Source: Gonapodya sp. JEL0774
Taxonomy: Eukaryota
DNA: 64,000 nt
Reading direction: 5' to 3'
Assembly: GCA_027604505.1 (NCBI GenBank)
Contig: JADIIX010000001.1
Span: 558,001-622,000 of the forward strand
In this document: positions 1 through 14,000 of the stretch, in pieces
How positions within the stretch are numbered: the first letter of the stretch is position 1
How the letters are laid out: each line of letters begins with the position of its first letter
Program-made: the position numbers and the translations under genes
Notes under the pieces: model-generated
Told to the model about the DNA's origin: nothing
What the model saw: only the letters and a program-made list of their open reading frames with translations
Database searches by the model: none

Positions 1-3000
1 GGTCAGAGAACCGGTCAAATGAGGCGTAGCCACGATCCCTAAGGCGCTCCTCTTCCAAGCGTTCCAGGTACACTCGATGTCGATCCCGCAAACGATCTCC
101 GGTAATGCGGTCATAATGGAAATGATCTCGTTCTCGGAGCCTGTCATCGTCCAACCGATCTACAAAAGGTCGATCGCGATCGTGTCTCAGACGTGACGGA
201 CTCGGATTTCGCGATGTTCTCTCATCACCATAATCCCGCCTTGTCGTTCGCGCAGCATCGTGCGGGACCCGGTCGTCGTATCGTGACAATTCACGCCTGT
301 AATCGCCATGATTGTGCAGGTCTGGGTCCCGCTTGGTATCTCCAAATGTCTGCAGAGACCGTCTCCCTGGATGCACATCCTCGTTCACAGCCCGTCGGTC
401 TCTCTCGTGCGTAGCAGGTCCACGCTGCTGCCAATCGTATTCCCGCTCACTAGAGCGTCTCCTTTTTCGATCAACATCTTCATCAGACACAGTCCAGTGC
501 AGGTCCTTCCTGCTGACATATGGGAGCGCTGCTGACACAGATGGAGAGTCCAACGCGGTGGCTTCTTCCACCACGAACTCCCGAAACTCCGCGGTATTGC
601 GAGCATAGTATCCGTGAGCAACCGCTGTATCCCTATCTACCGCGTGGTGGAAGACGACCACCACCACAGTGTTGCCAAGCATGTAGGCTGGGTCCCTAGC
701 ATCCCTTACTCGCAGATAAGCATCCACGAAGTCCCGTGAAGGCACTTGAAGCCCCACAGTGAGGAATCTAGTGACAAGTTCACGAACGGAAGATGGTGAT
801 GTGGAAAGGGGAAGTCCCGTGTTGTAGATATATGCCGCTCGCCTCCTCTCTACAGCCGCTTCCAAACCATTCGAGCCTCCCACTTTGATCCCAGAAAGTG
901 GCAAATTGTTCTGATCCTCCGAGTGCGTCTTCAATTGTGCAATACTCCGATCTTGGGAAGCAGGATTGGCTCCATCCCAAGTGAAATCCTCCTGATTTCT
1001 AGACTCTGAGGCTCCACGCATGAAAGTTGGACTCTCGGGTTCCAAAAAATCGCCTTCCCTGACTTCACCCTCCTCTACTCCGTCGTTGTCTGACATCGAG
1101 CTGGTGACTATCCCCGTTGGAGAAAGAATGCTTGATAGAAATTTGTCTGCGTCGTCTGCAGCGAGCTCTTGTGAAACAGGCTCCACGGAGGGTTTTTCTG
1201 TCGCTTGTGGGATGACTTGGGTTACAACATTGCCGACCGCTGGATACTCGGTCGCCACAGGGGGACCAGTGGGCATTATGTACACAAGTTGCGGTGAGCC
1301 GTTGATCGGGAAGAGAACAGGTACTGCTCCAACCAGTGGAGCACCTGGTACCAATGCGCTTGGTGGAACCGGCACAGTCGAGGGAAGTACTGAGGTACTG
1401 AAGGCATTCGGCGGCCGCATTGCGGAGCTTGAAGTGTCGCTGGTGGGTACTACAGGATACATTTGAGGGGCCTCCTGCACTTGTGGCACAGCAGGGTTCA
1501 CTTCCGCAGGCCCATGTGAACTCAAAGATACTGCTGCACGAACGGGTTTCGGGTTCAGTGGGATAGACAAGCTAGCTTCAGATTGTGCTATGTTCACACG
1601 GAGAGATAAAGCAGCTGAAACAGGGGGAGGGACCAAAGTGGCCGCCGGGAGAGAAGAAATCGATGGTGCAAGAGCGGGAAGAGCAATCGAGGGTGCTGGC
1701 TGAGGAGTTGCATTTGGTGGGAAACAGATTGGTTTTGAGGTATTGGGTGTCTCAGAGCGGACTCTCGCAACATAACCCGCAGGGGGCGGCTCAAACGCAA
1801 CGTCAAAGGGATCCGGTCTGTTGAGAATCTCAGAATCGGTCGATGAGTCGCTACTGACAAGTTGCTTCCCGTGGCCGAATGCAGCAGGTTCGCCAGCAAG
1901 TGCAGGTGATTGCTCACGAGGGGTCCATTTCTTCGCACGAGTTTTTAGATTACCCAGTTCGTGACGGTATTGTGTTAGGTGCGACGAAAGTTCTGAAAGA
2001 CAGATACAAGATCTCTCACTTTCTGTCCGCTCTCGCTTTTCTGTCTCTTCTTGCCCTTCTGCGCCTCGGCATTCTCATTATCCACTTCTGTTTTCACGCG
2101 TTTTTGAGCAGTTACCGACATAAACTGTGAGTCTGCTGTCTCCATTATTGTATCGGGTGACCTTGGTGCAGTGACAAGTTGGGCCTCGAGACTCTTTGCC
2201 GCAGCACTCCCAGACCTCGTACTCTTTCTCAGCGAGTATGCCGGGACATCAGGTGTAGAAAGCGATTCGCCCAGTTTCCGACCACCGCCGGATGGCTTGT
2301 AATCTCTATCTTCTTTCTTGTCCTTGCTCCTTGGAGATTGCTCCTTGATTCGACTCTTCTCTTTGTCAGACTCTTTATCTTTTGATCGACTTTTCCGTTG
2401 GATGATTGTGGAGCGCAGAGGAGTGCTTCCGATCGAACCGGACTGCGAGGCAATCTCCGATTGTGCGGAAGGGGCAGAATGTATCGGAGATACGGATCCG
2501 ATTTCACTGACAGGATCAGTGCTATTTAGAGAAGACAGGAATGCTTTCTTGGGAGGCTGCATATCAAGTGCAACAGAGTGCAGTCCGTTTTGAGAACCCA
2601 ACATCATTTCCAGCACAGACAGGCAGCAAATCCCAGAATCAAAGAGAGAGAGCTCCAGCTACTTCCACCGAAACGTGTTTCAATAGAAACAGGGAGTAGT
2701 AAGAAAGGACGATTGCAACAAATTCCGAGGAACAAACAGAAAGCGGAGTAACCCGGTGATGAACAATCTCCGTTGGGGTTCGTCTGTGAAAAATGCGCGA
2801 GCAAGCAAAAGCCAAATCAGTGAGGAACCTTCATTACGGATGAGTTGATGCGGTTCGCACTCGGAAGCGGAGAAGAGAATAATAAGAGAACAGGAGTGGG
2901 TTGGAACAACTCCATGTGCCACCTAATCTACAATTTCCACTTCAATTTTGATCCCAATCCCCTCTAATTCTATCTTTCTCTCAAGTTCGATAAGTTTCTT

Positions 3001-3348
3001 ACGATCCTCCTCTGCTTGGGACTGCCCACCAAATGCCTCGTCTCGAGTCAGTTCAACCAAAATGGTATTTCCGGCCCATTGACCTTGTGCGGAGTCATCG
3101 GGAGCCGTGGAAACAGGTGCAGCCGATTTGACATCCAACGTCCAAAATGAAGGCAAGTTTCGCGCAATAGTGGCGACCAGGTTCAAGTCGTCCACCAATT
3201 GAATGGTGGGATTGAACACCTTTGGATGAGACACTTCAGGACCGGGAGCGGAGGTGTTACCTGGAGGAGACACTTCAGGATCGGGAGCGATGGTGTTCCC
3301 TGGTTTCATTGCAGAAGCAGATACATTTCTGTTCGTAAGCTGTTCCAA
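1..3348 (-). CDS. Partial multi-exon protein: low-complexity, degenerate RRM-like segment(s), Arg/Asp-rich C-terminal region; runs off the left edge
   Basis: A minus-strand frame is stop-free from 2077 to the window edge (~690 codons). It is missing from the ORF track because it has no stop. It reads ...ERRRAAYIYNTGLPLSTSPSSVRELVTRFL...VVVVFHHAVDRDTAV...RDRPFVDRLDDDRLRERD. Same-strand ORFs 1975-2616 and 2923-3348 are probable upstream exons. The true 5' end is unresolved. Confidence 0.6.
3228..3303. repeat. 39-bp tandem duplication (2 imperfect copies) in coding sequence
   Basis: gagacacttcagga...ctgg occurs at 3228 and 3267; it encodes PGNTIAPDPEVSP / PGNTSAPGPEVSH on the minus strand. Confidence 0.8.
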
Positions 3349-3804
3349 TCCGCTAATCAGAAAGGCACAAGCGGGCCATAAATTGGATCATACTCACCTG
3401 ATTTGCCTTTCCCGGTTTCTGTTTGGTTTCCCATTTTGTCCAAAGAGCTTTTCAGTGTTAGATGTATGTAGGTGATCGTGCTCACAATGAATCAGATCAC
3501 AGCTTGCCGGGCTGTGATTCCGAGTTTGTAATTATTTGAAACTTAAAACTTTCTATTTTTCTTTTCAATCTATATATTCGAAGTTTACAGTGAGGGAATC
3601 CTCGGAGTATCATCTCTGCATGTGGTGGTTGAGCATCGTTCTCGGCGAATATGTTGGATACGTTTTCATTGCTTGCTTGTTTCTAAAGGTTAATTCCTTA
3701 TCAAAAATTGTTTGTATTCACTCGAGTGAAACTGAAGGCGGAAGGCCTGTGCATGAGAGAGATGACGTGTCTCATCGCACTGCATTAGGCTTCACTCACG
3801 AGAA

Positions 3805-6800
3805 ATGTCAACATCACGCGCATCGACCCCGCTTCCAACCTTGGTTGATCCCGTGGAAGCTCTCGCACATCTTCGGGCGCTAGGCACACCGTCCGCCGAC
3901 TATAGGCCGACGCTCACACCAGCAATGTCTGCGTCGTCTATCGAGTATATTTTGAAGAGCCTGGAAGGTGATTTGGGAGAGAATAGTGAAATTGGAGCAG
4001 AGTTCCTTGCGAAGGAGCAGATTCCGTCCCCTCCCGCAGCGTGAGTTACCAATCCTTAGTGATGCTCGACGCCAAACATCGCATCCCCATGACTCTGCCC
4101 ACCTTCAAAACGGCAGTAACGGCTCCAATGCATCAGAACCGAAACAAATGATCTCCGCTGATAGCTCTCAAGGAGGTTATGCGAGTTATGCGAGTAAGCC
4201 GTTGGGGGAATCTTTGAAAGGGGCTATCAAAGCTCGGGACTTCGACCCGCCAGGATCGGAAGAACAAAATATAAGTGGTGAAGTGGAAAACCAGTCCCCT
4301 CAGGTGGAGACAATCAAACTTGGGTGCCAGCTACCGCGTGGATCACCGTCGACCATCAATATCGCTGAGCTTATGCCCAAAAAGGCGCGCGATCGCGAGG
4401 GGCGACTCGGAGTCCTCGGTCTTAGACGTGCACGAAAGTGGGATACATACGAAGGCTCTTACGCGGGATTTCAAGGAGATGGTGCGACCGCTCTCCCTAA
4501 GGTTAGCAGCCAGGCGAACAACGAAAGCCTAGCTATACCAAATCGATATGTGTTCATGTGAGCGCCAGCTTTCAAGTCCTGCAGTCATGCAAGTTTATTG
4601 CGTATGTACGTGATTCTCAGATTAAGCTGTTTGCTGTGTAGATTTGTCAACCCCCGTTCAGGCAACCAGCAAGGTCGAATTCTTGTGGAGCACCTGGAAG
4701 TGCAGGTATGACTATTGCCGCATAATAACGCGTTCGTCCGTTCCAGTCTTACTCATTTATTTCTCAGCATTACCGAATGAAGTCACACCCAGAGGTTCAA
4801 ATTCAGATTTACAACCTTTTGGACAATGAAGATAAAGCAAACGGTCTGAGCTACTTGAAATTCATCTGGATGTCAGGTCAGGTGTGTCACAGAGCAATAT
4901 TTTCTGCGTTCCAAAATGCCGAATCCCAAATAATTAGGTCCTCAGCACCAAAGTTAAGGAAGTTCATATTTGGAGTGCGGGAGGAGACGGTGATCTGTCC
5001 CTACGATCTTTGAAGTATGCAAGAATCACTCACACTCATTTCCAATGCAAATGCAGGGACGTTCATGGGGGTGGTCGGAATGACAGAAACATTGGGCATT
5101 GATATTACAGCGCCTAATATCTTTTTTAGTGCCATACCCTTTGGTACCGGGAACGACTTGTCGCAAGTCTGTCATTATCCTCTCCAAAGTGTCACCTGGT
5201 TACTTAACTGATCATACGCACACAGGTAATGGGCTGGGGTCGCACAGTTCCAGGTGCCGATGTTGCTGGTCAGCGCCTGGAAAAGCTAAACTATCTCGTA
5301 TTGGAGAGGCTTGAAGGGTGGGCGGCCAGGTACATTCCCAATTGAACCTCGTTTATCCTGCAACACTATATGAAGTACTTGGTCTGACAGGTTTGACTTA
5401 TGGGACGTGGCTTTTGAAATGTACGAGGGAGGATTTATTGCGAGACCCAAAAAGCTTACCAAGTGAGTGAAGTTTGCCTGGGCCGGCACTAGTTTGCTCT
5501 AAGTATTATTGATTCTGTTTCGTATTCTTACCCATAGAGGCAAGAAAAATCAACATCCGGAAGATAGGATGCCACATTTTCACATGAAAATGGGCAATTG
5601 TGTGTACATGCACCAGAACTTGAAAAGATTGTATTTGGTGGCTGATATGCACGATCCTTCATCCAGATTTCTCGATCGGTCTCCAAGGAAATGTCGGGTC
5701 GTTTTTTGAGCGACGTAGAAAGGTTTGTGCAGACGTGTTGGACTGGAAGCGCTTAGTAATGTTCGCATCTCAATCGCGACGCAGAAATCTCGAATCGCCA
5801 ACATCTTCACGTACGCTCAAGCGTCTCTGCTTTATGGTTTGTTGTCAGAAAGGCATGTTGTCATTTTGGACACGTTTCAGTTGTCATTTTTCATACAGTT
5901 CTCGCGGGCGGTGCCCCAGCAGCGGCACGTTTCAAAAGTATTGATGTCGGTATACCCGAATCTGACGTGGATTCCGACGACGATTCGGACAAAGACGAAA
6001 GCATTGACGGGCCTTCGGCGAGCTCTTACAAGCGGACTCGGCCTGTTGCAAGGCCTGTCTTTGTAAAAGGAAGTCTTGGTAACGTGGGATCACACTCGAA
6101 GAGACCCCCGGTTGATAGGAGCCACAGTCTGGTATCAGTGAGAAGCAGGACTGAAACTAATAAGAGTGCTCTCAAAAAAAGGCCGGTGGAGGTAAGTGTT
6201 TTGAGCAAAGCATATGTTGTTTGACAGGTTGTTTGTTGAATGGTATCGGTATATGATGGTCCAGATAATTGGTGAGGTACTCTCAAAAACCCGCCGAATG
6301 TTTGAGTCCCTCAAAGATTTTTTTGTGTTCCAAAGTCCAAAACATCCCAGGGCTTTGGGGGAGACAGGTGGATCTCTGGGGAAGCGCCCATGAAATGAAA
6401 CACGTCACTGAAGATCCGAAAGGATGGCTTGGTCAGTTTGCGGTCACATATCCCGTATCATTCTTCCTAACTTCGTGTGATTCTGCTTTCAGATCCAAAG
6501 AATTGGACCTCTCAGAGACCCAACGAGTGCGTGCGAAAAATGTGTATTACCTCTTTGTTTCGTTAGCTTCTCTATGTAATGTCCACTTCCTAAACCACTG
6601 GATGCATTCGTGAATATAGCGGTAAGCTTGAAGTCTTTTGCATTCTGAGCGTGCTTGAATACATCGGGAAGCAGCTTCCTTGGTTTCGGTGAGTATAGGC
6701 TCTTGACCGATTGAGATGAATACGGGAACTAAACGGAACAACCTAATCGTGTGTAGTAACAAGCTTCACAAGATTGGGCAGCTCCCAAGTCCGTTCTCGG

Positions 6801-7338
6801 TGAGAATGTTTTTGAGAAATTGCTCCTTTTTTTTCTCTCAAAACCTCGGGATAGATCAACTTTGACCCCGATGATGAAACCTACGCAAGTCAGTTTGCAT
6901 GAGCCGTATTTGATCGTCACGTCCCTGCGAATTCACGCTATCTCTCTGCCACATCAGTGATCGACGGCGAGTTCTTCGAGCTCCATAGTCCCAAAAGCAT
7001 CCGTTTCGCTCGCACTTCACAGATTAAAGCGAGTATTCCACTGGCCACACGCAAATGCACCTCATCTTATCGATTCACGAGGTCTTCTTCGTTGTTCGAA
7101 TCAGATTGTCTGCCCTCCTCCTGCCCGCTCCCGTCTCGTCCGCGACGAGATCTCCGGCCAAAATGACGGCTCACTGCCAGATATATCACCGGCGTTTGCT
7201 TTTCATGCCCGGCAGCGTGGTGCAGGAACTGGGGCCGTTGGCAAAGACGTTGGGGATGTGATGACACCTGAGGGGGAAGGAATAAAAGCGGAGGCGGCGA
7301 GAAGGGCAGAACAGGGTGATGTTGCTCATCCTGTGTAG
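3805..7338 (+). CDS. Diacylglycerol kinase (DAGK catalytic + accessory domains), multi-exon
   Basis: VHIWSAGGDG (~4963-4990, split by an intron), AIPFGTGNDLSQV (~5131-5170), accessory-domain VIDGEFFELHSPKSIRF (~6957-7010). Predicted last exon 7105-7338 ends in TAG. Confidence 0.85.
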
Positions 7339-7603
7339 TAAAAGGAGAGCGCTTAGTTAGCGGGATGAGCTCGGTTGAGCAAGGGAGGAATGGGGTAATG
7401 CATTGCAAAGAACCATTAGAGTTACGTTTCTCTTTTAGACACCACTACATGGGAGGTCGACGTTCTGTCCATTTCGCCATTCGCAATCATCTAATTGCTC
7501 CAAACCAGTCAGAATGCCATGCAATATCCATCAGCAATAAAATGATGCCAAATTCCAACACGTCTACTCCTCCCTTGCTCACGCGATCCACAAAACGTCT
7601 ATC

Positions 7604-10000
7604 TTAATCCCCACCTTGCACCTTTGCAACCTCCTGCACAACCTCTTCCCACGCCATCGCACCTCTCCGAGCATACTCTCTCCACACCCTTCCATACGCG
7701 GCCATCATCAGTGCCAAATCCTTCAATTTCTCTCTTTGGTATCGGTCCAAATCCTCCTGAATCAACCCACCCGCCGCCTCCACTTCGTCAGTCTTCGTGC
7801 GACGGGAGTCGTCCAGTTGGATGAGCTTGTCACGGAGTCGGGCAATTGAGGAACGACGCGTGGATTGAGGATCGTTGTCGAGGAGAGAGTTGATTGTAGC
7901 GAGGAGGGAGGTCGGGCGAGGGATCGGAGGAGGTTGCGGGAGGGAGTTCGAAATGGCGGGAGGAGGGATCGCAGAGGAGCCACCTTGAGGGCCGCCAGAC
8001 GTGTCCGACCTATCTCTATCACCCGTGGCTACATATGACGATGTTTCTCCGTGGTAATTCAGCACTGACTGCAGTCTCTGAGCTTCGGTCTCGTTTCGCT
8101 CCAGCTTCGCCAGCTCTGCTCTCTTCTGTTCCAACTGCTCCACTACGCCTTCCAGTTCAACCTGTTTATCTTTCCTCCATCTCAACACCTTGGCCACGGT
8201 CACAGCAAACTCTCCCTGCTCTTGCAACGGCTCCGAAAAACCTTCTTCCACACCAGCGACCAGGGTACCCACCGCACGCTGTTGTGCCTCACAGGCCTGG
8301 CCAATCTTCTCGCACGCCGGAGCCAGTGCGGATTCGTGGAGTGACCAGGCGTTGTAGGTGGCGCCAAGGTCGGAGAGAGATGAGGAGAGGGAAACTAGGT
8401 CGGTGAGAACACGTTTCGTGGCCCGATGGGCAATGGAGATGGCGTCGGAGTAGTTTGCAGTGTAACGTTCAGAATTGGTCCAGTGGGGGTCTGTGTGGTC
8501 GCGATGGGTTCCAAAGTCGTACATGTCAAAATGGCGTCTCCAGTCGCGGGTCTTCTTCCATGAATCCCAGTCCTCACTCAGTGCCCCCGTACCACTACAG
8601 TCCCGACTGATGAAGCTCACCTGGAATCTTCACTCTGCGCTTATCCAAGGCCTTCCTGAAAACGCTCTTGCCACCGTCTGCGGGCACGGTCGTGGTTGTC
8701 AAGACCTCGTTCCAACTGCCCTGTTCCAAAAACCTGTGAAACATATGTTCGGCACCCAAGACAGGATGCCGTGCCACGCGGTTCAAGAACGCCTGGAGCA
8801 TGCGTTTTCGCTTGGCGATGACATGGACGTCGTCTCGGGCGCGGGCCTGGCCCACGGCGTAGTCTGCCAGGCTGTGCTTTTCGGGTATGGGCGGGACGAT
8901 TAAACATGGGTGGATTTTGGCGAGCGAGCGGCGGAGGGAGTCGAAGTCGGAGTAGCGGCGCTTCACTTCGAGTAAGGTGAGGTGGTTGGTAGGGTGGATA
9001 GTGCGAATGATGTAAACTATGTAGGTGGAGTTGGTCATGTCGGTGGTCTTTTGAGCGTCTGGGGGAGTAAGGATGTGTGTGGGGAGGTGAGTTTAGCGGC
9101 TTCCAGGTGAGTGTCCAAACGAATGTCCCGCATGACAAGGAGCAACTCGGAACACGGCGCTATGCTTAGTTGGGGACAATAGACCCATACTATAACTCGC
9201 AGATGCGGTATATGGTACCCTCCACTCATACCCTGGTCGGTTGTGAACAACAAACACCTGAGGTTGTCCACGCAACCGCACAGTGCCCTCCCCGGAAATC
9301 GACCACCCGAGCTCTTCCACGTCACCACATTTTCCACCGACTCCGCGGAAATGACTAGTTTATCGTGTCCCAGATGAATTCCAAGCTGATACTTTGCAGC
9401 GTTCCTTGTCACAACTACATTCACTAGAACAACTCCACATGCGTTTGCTGACTCACCGGCAATGAGGATATTTGGATTCGCTGCGTCAGCCGGGCTCTTA
9501 GCGAATGCGTCGAGCGCTTTATGAGTCGCACAGCAGAATGTGGGCTTCGGTGGGACCTCGGGGATGGTGGGAGGAGGTGCCGCTACCGGAGCGGGTGGAT
9601 GTTGGGAGTCAGACTGGCTCTGAGGGACCGAGGAAGACTGAGATGAGCCAAGACCTGAGAGAGAATCGGTTGAGATACCAGATGGGCGGAGATTCGAGTC
9701 AGGGCGGTACGGTTGCGGGGAGTCGGCGAATCCACCCGAGAAGGTGTAAGCGTCGGCTGTGAGAAAGGACGCGGCAGAGGCGTTCATTGCAGAAGCTGAA
9801 GCAGAAGCCAAAGTTGAAGACGGAGCGGGATGGATCGAGTTTGGGAATGGTGAAGGTTGGAAACCGCCTGTGGTGGATGGCGACATGAACGGGCGCGAGT
9901 TTCCAGAGTTTCCCCAGGCGGGGGCAACCGAGGTTTCGGTGAATGCAGATTCGGAGCGTGAAAGGGGGTCTGGAATGGACGTGGACTCGTCGTCTGACAT
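7604..10000 (-). CDS. PX-BAR sorting nexin, Snx41/Atg20-like
   Basis: PX motif KRRYSDFDSLRRSLAKIHPCLIVPPIPEKHSL...KRKRMLQAFLNRVARHPVL, followed by a helical BAR region (ORF 7604-8620). Introns at ~9456-9059 and ~8620-8490. Confidence 0.9.
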
Positions 10001-11029
10001 GGTATTTGATTGCTATGTATGTATGTGGGCAAGTGCCTTCCACGATGTGAGGGTCTCCCCACCGCTGGTCACAGGACACGCAAGAAGGAACCCGCGCCGT
10101 GAGCCCGCAGACAGTAAACCACTAGTGGATAAGTAGAGCAAATCTCCCAGTAACCGCAGGGACTGTTCATATTCGCCCTCCGGTGGAGAATTACTACCAA
10201 CTAAACAGCTGAGGTGCCACAAAACGTTACGATTTTTACAAAACGGTGCCCAAACAAAGAGAAATGTGATCGAATGAGGTTGTTGCAAGGCGGTTGGAGA
10301 GCATAGAACATTGCCTATTGAGCAGATAGAGAGGATAATCTGAGCATACAGTAATTTGGGTGCCGCAGGCAAGCAGGTACGCTTCCCAGCACTGTGACTA
10401 GAACGAAATATATATAGTAGTCGAAGAAGGCACATTGTTGAAAGCGCGTACATAGCTGTCTCTTTGATCAGCATTTTGAGGATTGTTGGCTGGTTCACGG
10501 CGCCAAAGCTATGTTTATTGACTTGGGCGACTGAACGTTCTGATAACCCCCGTTTCATCATCGACGCAGAACTATTTCAAGGTCGTTTGGGTTGCACTCG
10601 GTGAGCTCAGTGCCGATTTGTTAGCACGGCACAATGAAACAATGTCGTTGTTCCCAGCACGGCAGAAGACAATCTCCGTCCGGACATATTAGTGAATGAA
10701 TCAGCCGGTGCTGCCAGAGGACCAGTCAGCCGAGTAGCGTGAATGTCCAGTTAATATTCTAGCCAAAGAGAATCCTGATTCTTACGTGATTATAAGGTGG
10801 GTTTATATAAGAATTGCGGCGCAGCGGTCATCCGATTCACCGATCGTACTCCACCACCAGCACTGGTCACACACCAGCTCTCGTTATCCGCTCTCCGCCC
10901 CGCCTTTCAGTTTTGCACATATCGACGCTTCCCCCTTTCCCAAACAATCGTATTCAAACGCAAACGCCTTGGAAACAGATTATCAACCTTCGTCGCTTGC
11001 GCACACCAACATAAGCACACAACCCACTC

Positions 11030-14000
11030 ATGTCTAACAGAAACGCTCAGACTCCCCCCGTCATCCCGTCAGCCCTGCCCATCATTCCGTTGAGAAACAA
11101 TCGCGTGGTGAGTCTCTCTCCCGCTCTGATCCTGTGCCGCCAGACTCTCTTGATCCCGGCATCTTTGAAGCTCGCTGAATATGCTGGAGCAGGACAGAGC
11201 AATCGAGCTACAAGAGATATCGAATCGCTCGCCGTTTGGATAGCTCCCATTGACCTGCTTTCGTGACGTCACGCCTGAGCTCACGTGGTGCTGCTCCGTG
11301 TGCTGTCGGCTCATGCGTTTCCGCTCAACCGGTTGTCACCGCCCCCACCTTCCCCTTCCACTTGCGTTTTTCTAATACTTCTTCTCTCTCCTCCTTTTCT
11401 TCTTACTCTGGTTCCGTCACCATCCCTCCACTGTCCTTCTACTCCCTTCCATCCTGCTTCCGATCACATCCGATCCCATGTCTCCCTTCCGACATGGTAC
11501 CTCAGGTCCTTCCCGGCGTCGTGCTTCGCCTTAATATTGGCCGTTCAAACACAATCACTCTCATGTGCGTGTGGTTTCTCCATCTTCCTTGCAGTCCCCC
11601 TGATCCAAATCTTGTCTGAACCAAATCTTGCAAATGACCCTCGTTATATCACACTCTTTGCAAACCCCTCCTCGTTCCGAATTCCTGTTTATTCAACACA
11701 TATTTCAGTGAGAAGCTTTGGCAGTCCACAAACTCGTCGAGCCGCCCTATTGTTGCCTGCGTGCCTCTCAAGGCGAACGCTCCCTCCCGCCAACGTGACA
11801 ACTCCAACACCAACGCCAACGCCCCCAACACGCAGGCTAAGAACCCGACCTCTTCACCCGCCAATGCCAATGCCGCCGCAGCAGCAGCAGCACTCAAGGA
11901 CAAGGACGAACCTCCTCTGTCCGCGTCCGAACTCCACGAGATGGGCTGTGCCGCCCGTGTTCTGGCCATACAAAAGGTCCAGGCCAACGGTCAGCCGCTC
12001 GAAAAGGACAAGGATGGGAAGGTGAAGGAGAACAAGGAAGGTAAAGGGGTCGGAAGGACCATTTATGCCGTGACGGTTGAAGGTGGGTGCGCAGTTATAG
12101 TCGGTGCCCTCCCCACCAGCATCTTGACGAACGAAACCTCAAACGTTCTTTTCCAGGCATATCTCGCGTGAAGCTCACCGGGTTCCTCAAGACCGAGCCT
12201 TACATTGAGGCCTCTGTCAAGGACTTTTCGGACGCTCAGTCTGGTGCGTATTATGTTGGGAGTTCACTGGGAGTTCACTGCTTGCCTTCGCGCCTCCACC
12301 GCGTGCGTGCTTTGTGGGGGGAGATGAAACGCCAAGAGTGAAAAGTCTGCATTGCCCCGCTGGCTCTCACTTATACAATCTCGCGTTCACCCCCCACGTC
12401 TCCTTCTACCAGCCTGGAACAAGGACGACACCGAATCGTCCGCACTGGCCCTCTCCCTCCGCTCAACCTCGCACGAATTGGCCAACCTTCTCTCTCAGAT
12501 GCAACTTCCATCGTCTGTGGTCACCCAGCTGCGGTCCATGATCGACGACACGCAGCCCCCGCGGTTGGCCGATATGGTGGCCAGCATGATTGATTTGAGT
12601 GTCGAGGAGAAGTTGGCCGTGTTGGACGGGGTCGAGGCAAAGGAGAGGATAGAGAGGGTTTTGAAGTTGTTGGCTCGACAGATTCAGGTGAGAGATTCAT
12701 CGGCCTCATTTTCGTGGCAAGTGAATATGATGGCGTGATACAATATTAATGGAAATATGCGGTTTGTGTAGGTGCTCAAGATTTCGCGCAAATTGCAGAC
12801 AACCGTTGAGGGCAAGTTGGGTGAGAAGCAGAGGGAAGCAATTTTGAGAGAACAGGTGAGTCTTCCAGCTTCAAACTCCATTCGTGACGCAGTTGTCGGC
12901 TTATTGAAATTCATATTTGTTTTCGTTCTGAATCCTTTCGTAACCTCACCAGATGAACGCCATCAAACAAGAACTTGGCGAGAAGGACGAAGACCAAGAC
13001 GAAATCGAGGACCTCGTCAAGCGTGTCAAGGACGCGAACTTGCCCTCGGAAGCCGACAAAGCCGCGCAGCGCGAAATCAAACGGCTCAAGCGTATGCACC
13101 CCTCGATGGCCGAGTACCAAGTTGTGCGTACGTACCTCGAATGGCTGGCCGACTTGCCGTGGAACAAGACTTCGGAAGACAGGTTGGATATCGATATGGC
13201 ACGGCGACAGTTGAACGAGGATCACTACGGGTTGGAGAAAATCAAGACAAGGATTCTGGAGTTTTTGGCGGTGAGGAAGTTGAAGAAGGATATGAGGGGC
13301 CCGATTTTGTGTTTTGTGGGGTGAGTTGAGTTGGAATATGCATAGTCCTTTGTGCAAGTGCTCCCTGGCTTACGATTGATCTTCTCACATTTGCGTTTCA
13401 TTCAGCCCCCCCGGAGTAGGTAAAACATCTCTTGGCAAATCCATTGCCGCCGCTCTGAATCGGAAATTCTACCGCATTTCCCTCGGTGGAGTGCGTGACG
13501 AGGCGGAAATTCGCGGTCACCGGCGCACGTACATTGGAGCCATGCCTGGCATGGTGGTGCAGGGTATGCGACGGTGTGGGACTGCCAACCCTGTCTTCCT
13601 GTTGGATGAGATTGATAAGTTGGGAAGGGACTTCAGGGGAGATCCTAGCTCGGCTTTGTTGGAAGTCTTGGATCCGGAGCAGAACTCCACGTTTAGCGGT
13701 GAGAAGATGAACACGATTAAAAATCGCCGACAGTGCGTTTGTCTGATGTTAAACCGCCTTGTAGACCACTACATCAATGCACCATTTGATCTCTCGCGCG
13801 TCTTCTTTATCGCCACCGCCAACGAGGAATCCACCATCCCCGCCCCTCTTTTAGACCGTATGGAAATAATCCGCCTTCCCGGGTACACTTTCGATGAGAA
13901 GCTTCACATCGCCAAACGATACCTCCTCCCAAAGCAAATCACAGCACATGGACTGTCGGAGAAGGACGTTACTATGGACGACGAGGTTCTCATGAAGATT

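Noticed and set aside
1020..1466. Numerous 60-200 aa ORFs antisense to or overlapping real genes (e.g. 1020-1466, 12911-13357, 24611-25420, 30148-30519)
   Set aside because: Shadow ORFs of GC-rich coding sequence with no recognisable motifs
9059..9456. Long intron in the sorting nexin gene, stop-free in the exon-1 frame; possible snoRNA host
   Set aside because: No convincing C/D or H/ACA boxes; the read-through peptide looks non-coding and ends before the PX domain
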